NCBI GenBank assembly: GCA_051003355.1
Contig: JBPCLK010000050.1
Location: forward strand, 2,468 to 66,467
Source of the DNA: Chthoniobacterales bacterium
Lineage (GTDB): Bacteria; Verrucomicrobiota; Verrucomicrobiia; Chthoniobacterales; UBA10450
Direction: 5' to 3'
DNA length: 64,000 bases
Each line of letters begins with the position of its first letter. The first letter of the stretch is position 1. The notes under the pieces were generated by a model. That model did not search any database and was not told the origin of the DNA. It was given only the letters and a program-made list of their open reading frames with translations. This document shows, piece by piece, positions 57,957-64,000 of this stretch. Made by a program: the position numbers and the translations under genes.

Positions 57957-59507
57957 CTATTGCGCGTTGTTTTTTTTGCCGGACCGCTGGGTCATAACCT
58001 CGTAGAGGTTATTTTCACCATGCTGCTCGGTGAAAAACAGATGGCCGGTCCGCGGATTCGGCAGGCGCGTGCCGACCAGGCCGGCCTCGCTGCTGTCACC
58101 GTCCGAGAAATGTAGCCCGGTCGGCTCGTTATCCTCATCGGTCGCCATCCGATCCTGCCCCAGAGCCACGAAGCGCTCGGGATGACTCGCGTTGTTCACG
58201 TCATACGCCCAAATGGAATCGAGCTTGTCGAGCTGGTCATGCAAGGTATCGCCGCGGTCTTCGGCAGCAAGCAGCGTCGTGCCGCTGGCAAAGGTCAGGT
58301 TATCGAAACTCGAATGATCCGCGTCGCAAAGAACGATGATACCAATGCGGCCGCTTTCTCCACTGCCGTTAAAGCTCACTCGGAAGATACCGCCCCAAGC
58401 GCCGCGCGCGGCGAGCTCAGGGTCATTTCCAGCGTTAGCATCGGTGTCGCCAGTGATATCGAAGTAGAACGTGCGGAAACCGGAGCCAGGTTGGAATTGC
58501 GCATTCTCAGGCCGCTTGAACGGAGTCGCGCCGGCGGCTTTGGCCGCGGCATTGGCGTCAAATGCCTCAGTGCCATCGACGGCGGTGTCATGCACAGTCA
58601 CCCAGCTCACTGGGTAGGTGGTTCCGACCGTGTGTAGCCTCAACTGGTTAGTGGAAAGCGTATCACCTTCCGGGTGGAAGATGACCGGCTCTCCGCCGAT
58701 CCTGACTTGTAACGCCTGCAGCTTGCCTTGGGTCAGGTCCGCCTGGTTGGCCGGCACAAAGCGATACACAAACGAGTTAGGATTCTTAGCAAAGCCAAAC
58801 AACGCGCCGCCCGCATCTTCTACAATGAGGAGATTACCTTGATTGTCGGGGTGAATCCCTTCGTAGCCACCTTGACCCATGCTCCCGTAAAGGAGGCGCA
58901 GCCCGCTGTTGGTCGCTTCATCATAATCGCCCGAAAGCTCGATCACGCCACCGGTAGTACCTCGCTCTTGGGTGAAAAGCAGCGTTTTCGAAAAAGGATC
59001 CCAGCACGATCCATCGATGCTGTTGAAATGGGTCAAACCGTCCTCACCAGGAGGAGTGAGCAGAGTCACGCGATGATCGGGATTTGAGACATCCAGATTG
59101 ATGCGAGTGACATAGGCCAGGTCACTGCTGTTCTCATGGCCTTGGAAGAGGAAGTGGCGCCCATAATCATAACCTTCGGTCGGGCCGCCAGGATTGTGAT
59201 CGAGCACCAGATAGGTGTTCTCGTCTGGCTCCGTGCGGGTCACCCCGTCAGCGAGGTAACCGAAACGGAGGATTGGATCGGCCGGATTCTCCAGCAGATC
59301 GAGACCCTGCTCTTGCAGGTCGAGAGAGAAGCCGGGTGAAATGATGGTATCCGTCACAACAACCGGATTTGCATCCGGCACGCCTGTCACTGGGTGTCCA
59401 AGGACCGTGATAGGACCGGCCCACACCGGCGTGGCCAGCGCGGCGCCAGCCACTACAGCCGCAAGTGCTGCTTTTCTGGGAAAACTGAAGAAGGCTACAT
59501 TAATCAT
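57957..59507 (-). CDS. Secreted beta-propeller protein, PhoX/DUF839-like putative phosphatase
   Basis: Signal peptide. Motifs recalling PhoX-family proteins (FKRPENAQF, FDNLTF, EPTGLHFSDGD...LFFTEQHGEN). A Pho-box-like array lies upstream. Confidence 0.5.
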   Translation of the reverse strand: MINVAFFSFPRKAALAAVVAGAALATPVWAGPITVLGHPVTGVPDANPVVVTDTIISPGFSLDLQEQGLDLLENPADPILRFGYLADGVTRTEPDENTYLVLDHNPGGPTEGYDYGRHFLFQGHENSSDLAYVTRINLDVSNPDHRVTLLTPPGEDGLTHFNSIDGSCWDPFSKTLLFTQERGTTGGVIELSGDYDEATNSGLRLLYGSMGQGGYEGIHPDNQGNLLIVEDAGGALFGFAKNPNSFVYRFVPANQADLTQGKLQALQVRIGGEPVIFHPEGDTLSTNQLRLHTVGTTYPVSWVTVHDTAVDGTEAFDANAAAKAAGATPFKRPENAQFQPGSGFRTFYFDITGDTDANAGNDPELAARGAWGGIFRVSFNGSGESGRIGIIVLCDADHSSFDNLTFASGTTLLAAEDRGDTLHDQLDKLDSIWAYDVNNASHPERFVALGQDRMATDEDNEPTGLHFSDGDSSEAGLVGTRLPNPRTGHLFFTEQHGENNLYEVMTQRSGKKNNAQ

Positions 59508-59594
59508 ACGTTGAGGATTTTCTTTTTGATTGTCTGGTTCTTTTGGTTTAATCGCGGCGGGAATGCCGCTTTGCAGGAATCATGGAGCCCGTTT

Positions 59595-59634
59595 GTGACG
59601 CAGGGGTGGAGAGCCGGTGACAATTCTGTGAAAT
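59595..59634 (-). promoter_or_regulatory. Pho-box-like array of four heptamers phased at 11 bp
   Basis: On the plus strand: GTGACGC (59595), GTGGAGA (59606), GTGACAA (59617), GTGAAAT (59628). These are reverse complements of CTGTCAT-type half sites. The array lies 88-127 bp upstream of the PhoX-like start. Confidence 0.5.
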
Positions 59635-59696
59635 CAAATCCCGGACGGAAACAGGCGTCCGAAGCGAGGGCTGAGAGCCACGGCAATAAACAAACG

Positions 59697-59722
59697 GCCC
59701 GTCAGGATTTCTCCTGACGGGC
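59697..59722 (-). terminator. Rho-independent terminator downstream of pstS
   Basis: A perfect 11-bp stem, GCCCGTCAGGA / TCCTGACGGGC, with a 4-nt loop. The minus-strand reading is followed by GTTTGTTTATT. Confidence 0.7.
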
Positions 59723-59745
59723 TGCTCAAACCTAACTACTTGAAG

Positions 59746-60558
59746 TTACTTTACGGGCACAAAGCCCACTTGGAGGACAATCTTTTGTCCAGCAGGGCTG
59801 AGTGTGAAGTCGACAAATTGCTTCGCTACGCCGGTTGCCTCACCATTTGTGTAATAAAATGTCGGCCGAGCATACGGATAGCTCTTGGCCTGCACGCTTT
59901 TCACCGAGGGAAGCGCACCGTCGATCGACGCGATCTTGATTCCGCCCGCTTTGGTGTAGGCGAGACCGACATAACCGACTCCATTTGGATTCTTACCGAC
60001 TTCCGAGGCGATCTGCTCGTTACCCGCCATCTTCTGACCGCTCGGCGCATAGTCACGCTTCTTCATGGCCAATTCCTTGAACTCGGAATAGGTGCCTGAA
60101 GAGGTGTTACGCGTATAGAGCGAGATAGGGCCAGGATTTCCGCCCACTGCGCTCCAGTCAGTCACATCGCCGGTGAAGATCTGCTCCACCTGCTTCTTGG
60201 TCAGTCCTTTGATCGGGTTAGCGGAATTGACAATGACCGCGATGCCGTCATGGGCGACAATGGTCGGGCTCATGTTCACTCCTTCACCGGAAGCCGCGCC
60301 GATTTCGGATGGCTTGGCGCGCCGGCTGGCCATACCAATCTGCGCCGTGCCGTCGATAATGGCAGCGATGCCGGTGGTGGAGCCTTCCGCCGCGATGTCA
60401 AAGGTGGTGCCTGGATTCTTAGCTTTGAATGATTCGGCCAACTGAGGCACTAATTTGGCTCCAAGGGTATCGGAGCCTTTGATAACTAACCGATCGGCGT
60501 GTGCCGCCGAAGTGATGACCGCGAGGCCTAGAGTGATAAGTAGGATTCTGGTTTTCAT
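59746..60558 (-). CDS. pstS: Phosphate ABC transporter substrate-binding protein (PstS family)
   Basis: Signal peptide. GSDTLGAKLVPQLAESF...EGSTTGIAAIIDGTAQIGMASR is typical of PBP-like-2 phosphate binders. Confidence 0.85.
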   Translation of the reverse strand: MKTRILLITLGLAVITSAAHADRLVIKGSDTLGAKLVPQLAESFKAKNPGTTFDIAAEGSTTGIAAIIDGTAQIGMASRRAKPSEIGAASGEGVNMSPTIVAHDGIAVIVNSANPIKGLTKKQVEQIFTGDVTDWSAVGGNPGPISLYTRNTSSGTYSEFKELAMKKRDYAPSGQKMAGNEQIASEVGKNPNGVGYVGLAYTKAGGIKIASIDGALPSVKSVQAKSYPYARPTFYYTNGEATGVAKQFVDFTLSPAGQKIVLQVGFVPVK

Positions 60559-60584
60559 AGAATGGTTGTTAGGTTAATTGCACC

Positions 60585-62078
60585 TTAAAACTTCACACTT
60601 AAGTCCGTTTGGAAGATGCTGTATTTGCGTAATGGATTAAGGCTGAATGCGTCGCCCACGCCGCCGGTCCCGAGGCTGCGATCAGCCTGTCGTCCATAAC
60701 CGTAGGTTAGGTTAAAGAAGACGGCATCGTTCAAGGCATAGCCGGCCTGGGCCACGAAGCCCTCCATGTTGACCCGGCTATCGAAAATATCGGAGTCGAC
60801 CAGGTTGGGATCCAGCGCAAACTGATCAACGTGCTGGTAGAAGGCGGAGAGCTGCCAATCACGCTTGGCCTTGAGTTTGCCGGCACCAATTCCGATTTGA
60901 TAAGCATAACGCTGATTTCCTTTATCTGGGTGCCCAGCCGCGGCGGCGCGTTCGTCGCCGTCAAAGTTAACCGCAAAGTCACCAAAGACCCGCATCGGGA
61001 GTTCACCAAACTTCCAGCCGAATTCGACCGGCATATCAAAGACAAGCAAGCTGTTCACGCCAGTTTGGTTAGTCGTGACGGTCGTGACAGCGCCGGTGAC
61101 TGGATCAATTACCTGGAATGTGGGATCACCCACGAAGTGAGTGGCGAATGTGTCGCCAGTACCAGTATAATTATAGAGAGTCGGAGCGAGTTGGAGATAA
61201 ATGCTCTTGGTGAAGTTAATCTTTGCGCCGATCTGCCAGCCGAGGAGGAAGGCGTCCCGATTCGGTACGTTGCTGGGGGCAGGACCGACTGGGTTTTCCG
61301 GGTTGCTGTCGTCGTAAACGAATTGACCGAAGTTCGCGAAGATATCGACCGTCATCGGGTCGGAGGGAGTGCTCTGCGAGGTGGACACCACCGGCTTCCC
61401 ATCCTTGCCGTAGGACTCCACTCCGGCCGAAGAATGACCGCCGCCGAAGGAGAAGGTGTGTTTCCATTGTTCCGCCAAACCCTCTGGGTTGATGTCGCCA
61501 TCCCAGGTCATCGACGTAGTGATGAAGGGATTTTGCATTTTGCCAACGGTCAAAGTGAGGTCACGCACGCCTTTGTAACCAAAATAGGCCTGCCCTACGC
61601 TGATCCGGTCGCTGTCCTTCGAGAAGGGACCGTTGACCCCGCTGTCATCACCGAAGGTGATGTTGGTAGAGCGAGGATTGGTGCTCGTCTCAAGCCGCAG
61701 ACCAAAAAACCAATCGTCGACCAACGTGCCGCGGAGACCGAGGCGCAGCCGATAGCGAAAACGGTTGCGCTGGGTGTTATCTCCCGGAGTTGAAATCGTA
61801 TCGGGGGCGCCAGCTTCAGCGGTCCGAATCTCGTAACGCATCCGTGCGTCGCCGTAAATCTCGATCTCCGTCAGCGGAGTGGATAGTTTTATCTTTCCGG
61901 CTGAGGTCGAGGCGCTTTCCCGAGTGAGGTCGGCTCGTACTTCTTCGGCTTCCTGATCGTTAATAAGGCCTTTCTTGACCAGTAAATCGAGCAGGGCGCC
62001 ATTGTCCTGGGCTCGCGCCGCGGCACTGCCAAGCAAGAGGCTGCCGGCCGCCACGACTAACATCGTTTTCTTGAACAT
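60585..62078 (-). CDS. Putative outer-membrane porin
   Basis: Start chosen at MFKKTMLVVAAGSLLLGSAAARAQ (signal peptide). N-terminal LLDLLVKKGLINDQEAEEV helix, a beta-barrel pattern and a terminal ...DLSVKF. Sits 26 nt upstream of pstS. Confidence 0.65.
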   Translation of the reverse strand: MFKKTMLVVAAGSLLLGSAAARAQDNGALLDLLVKKGLINDQEAEEVRADLTRESASTSAGKIKLSTPLTEIEIYGDARMRYEIRTAEAGAPDTISTPGDNTQRNRFRYRLRLGLRGTLVDDWFFGLRLETSTNPRSTNITFGDDSGVNGPFSKDSDRISVGQAYFGYKGVRDLTLTVGKMQNPFITTSMTWDGDINPEGLAEQWKHTFSFGGGHSSAGVESYGKDGKPVVSTSQSTPSDPMTVDIFANFGQFVYDDSNPENPVGPAPSNVPNRDAFLLGWQIGAKINFTKSIYLQLAPTLYNYTGTGDTFATHFVGDPTFQVIDPVTGAVTTVTTNQTGVNSLLVFDMPVEFGWKFGELPMRVFGDFAVNFDGDERAAAAGHPDKGNQRYAYQIGIGAGKLKAKRDWQLSAFYQHVDQFALDPNLVDSDIFDSRVNMEGFVAQAGYALNDAVFFNLTYGYGRQADRSLGTGGVGDAFSLNPLRKYSIFQTDLSVKF

Positions 62079-62195
62079 GAATTGTCTCTCCGTTTTTTTG
62101 CGGCCAAAGCCGCGGGTGGTTGGTTTAGGCGCAGACGATTTCTCACCGTCTGCGGTCCGGATTTCTCCGGATGCGGGCAAGGCTAGAGAGCAATT

Positions 62196-62235
62196 GTTAC
62201 AAACGTATGACGGTAAAGTAACAGTTGCGTGAAAT
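62196..62235 (-). promoter_or_regulatory. Tandem Pho boxes: four heptamers phased at 11 bp
   Basis: The minus-strand reading is ATTTCAC-GCAA-CTGTTAC-TTTA-CCGTCAT-ACGT-TTGTAAC. The array lies 118-157 bp upstream of the porin-pstS start. Confidence 0.55.
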
Positions 62236-62243
62236 TGGACGCC

Positions 62244-63056
62244 CTACGCAACCGCACTTCGATATCCCTGGGGATCGATGAATACCTCATCGTAGCCGAC
62301 TCCCCGCAGAGCCTCCTGCAGCGCGTGCACACGCAGCGGGGCGACTGGCATTTCGTTAGGCGCAATCTCGACCCGTGCCCGCGTCCGAATTCCCTCTGCC
62401 ACGTGCCGCACACGAAAGACGCGGAAGCCCAACTGCCGCACCGCTGCTTCTGCGCGCTCGATCATGTTCAGAACCGCCGCCGTCACCGGAGTGCCGTGCG
62501 GAATACGCGAACTCAGACATGGCTGAGCGGGAGCATCTGCCGTGGGCAACCGCATGGCGCGGGAAAGAGAGCGAATCTCGCTTTTCGTTAGGCCGACTTC
62601 TTTCAAAGGGGCGAGCACCGCGAACTCCACGGCCGCTTGCCGGCCGGGCCGAACCTGGAGCGCGTCGTCGGCGTTCTCCCCATAGGCGATGGCGCGATAC
62701 CCGCGCTCCCGCGCGAGTGTCTCGAGCTTGGTAAAAAGCTCGGCCTTGCAATAATAGCAGCGGTTTACCGGATTACTGGTGTAGTGCGGATCCTGCATTT
62801 CGGTCGTCTCGACAATCTCGATCTGGGCGCCCAGCTCTTCGGCCAGCCCCGAGGCATCGGCCAGAGCCTGTCGCGGCAAACTCGGGCTGTCCGCGATGAC
62901 CCCTAGGCAATTCCGGCCAAGTGTCTCGACCGCCACAGCCAGCAGGAAAGCGCTGTCTACTCCTCCGGAATAAGCGATGACCAGCGGCGCGCTTTTCCGC
63001 AGAAGCTCACGCAAGGCATCGCGTTTCATTCCTGCCGCGACGAGCTGTTCGGTCAT
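62244..63056 (-). CDS. larE: PP-loop ATP-dependent sulfur transferase, LarE-like
   Basis: PP-loop VIAYSGGVDSAFL and the QPCLSSRIP motif containing the LarE-type Cys. Start chosen at MTEQL. Confidence 0.7.
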   Translation of the reverse strand: MTEQLVAAGMKRDALRELLRKSAPLVIAYSGGVDSAFLLAVAVETLGRNCLGVIADSPSLPRQALADASGLAEELGAQIEIVETTEMQDPHYTSNPVNRCYYCKAELFTKLETLARERGYRAIAYGENADDALQVRPGRQAAVEFAVLAPLKEVGLTKSEIRSLSRAMRLPTADAPAQPCLSSRIPHGTPVTAAVLNMIERAEAAVRQLGFRVFRVRHVAEGIRTRARVEIAPNEMPVAPLRVHALQEALRGVGYDEVFIDPQGYRSAVA

Positions 63057-63091
63057 GGCGAAGAATAACTCCGCCGGAAAGGCGCACAAGT

Positions 63092-63559
63092 TCAGCTCTG
63101 CGTCGGAGCCTCGGTGGTCGCCGAAGGACCGGCCATCTCGTCTTGCAGCTGCTTGTTGCGCTCGTTAAGGGTCTGCAGCCGCAGCTGCCAGCGGTGCAAT
63201 TGGATCCCCAGCTGGTTTATATATCCGCTGATCTCCGTCCGCTGGGATTCGTTCTCCTTGAGGTGTCGCTGTAATTCCGCGCGCTTCTCGCCTGCCAGCG
63301 CTCCATTTCCTAGATCATTCGTCGAAGACGGTGAAGGAACTCGGATGGGCGTTCCGCAGCGCTCACATTTTAGCGTCATTCCCGCAGCAGCAGCATCTAC
63401 GACCAACGGAATCCGGCAACTCTCACAATCGAATACGATGTCGTCCGCGCTCTCCTGGGAATGTGAGTTACCGATGGGAGATTGCATGCCTAGCATCCAT
63501 TCTAGCAACCGCCATACCACCTTTTGAGACATGGTGTCGCCAATACGACCGTCGGACAC
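63092..63559 (-). CDS. Hypothetical zinc-ribbon plus coiled-coil protein
   Basis: CESCRIPLVV...LKCERCGTPIRVP followed by a heptad-rich C-terminus. Confidence 0.5.
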   Translation of the reverse strand: MSDGRIGDTMSQKVVWRLLEWMLGMQSPIGNSHSQESADDIVFDCESCRIPLVVDAAAAGMTLKCERCGTPIRVPSPSSTNDLGNGALAGEKRAELQRHLKENESQRTEISGYINQLGIQLHRWQLRLQTLNERNKQLQDEMAGPSATTEAPTQS

Positions 63560-63706
63560 TCAAGATAGCGACACATTGACGCGATAGAAGATAGCCTCTC
63601 CCGGAGGGTAATATATGTTAACTATTAAGCGAAAGGTATTTATGTTTCAAGACGTGTCATGGAACAGCGCCTGCTAAAGAGTTGGCGAAAGGATTTCTAT
63701 ATATAA

Positions 63707-64000
<294 letters not shown>

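Noticed and set aside
60831-61793. 320-aa plus-strand ORF
   Set aside because: It is antisense to the porin gene 60585-62078. No motifs; shadow ORF.
63560-63706. CIRCE (TTAGCACTC-N9-GAGTGCTAA) or a sigma-32-type promoter upstream of dnaK
   Set aside because: There is no CIRCE-like inverted repeat. The TTGACG/TAATAT pair is 27 nt apart.

Overview
High-GC bacterial chromosomal window. The gene content feels like an aerobic soil bacterium, perhaps Verrucomicrobia/PVC-like, but that is an impression and cannot be shown from this sequence. I see no rRNA, CRISPR array, transposase, integrase or phage genes. There are three main blocks. (1) About 2.9-21.2 kb: a group 1h/5 (high-affinity, actinobacterial-type) [NiFe]-hydrogenase locus. 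It contains hhyS/hhyL, a maturation protease, a full hypABFCDE set, a nickel transporter and several conserved unknowns. The genes are same-strand and mostly translationally coupled. Unusual passengers are a YbdK-type carboxylate-amine ligase, a Cys-less HypC paralog, a SIS-domain protein and a terminal Pup-ligase/deamidase (PafA/Dop) homolog with no Pup or proteasome nearby. (2) About 21-47 kb: mixed housekeeping and accessory genes. These include glgP, a rhomboid protease, infC with a non-AUG start, an ECF sigma factor, a BNR protein, a CusRS-like two-component system, pdxH and fumC. A segment bounded by tRNA-Val and tRNA-Leu carries a flavin-dependent halogenase plus a carrier protein, a LysR regulator, an alginate-export-type porin and an orphan substrate-binding protein. 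(3) About 47-62 kb: a large Pho-regulon supercluster (CYTH, phoBR, pstCAB, phoU, DUF47-PiT, sixA, OprO/P porin, PhoX-like protein, pstS, a second porin) with 11-bp-phased Pho-box-like heptamer arrays. The window ends with larE, a zinc-ribbon protein and the start of dnaK. The most striking signal is at DNA level. The non-palindromic octamer CGTTAGGC (extended consensus T-CGTTAGGC-R) occurs at least 36 times, on both strands and in every reading frame. It supplies six stop codons and one arm of a terminator hairpin. This pattern resembles a DNA-uptake-sequence-like or other genome-wide signal motif.
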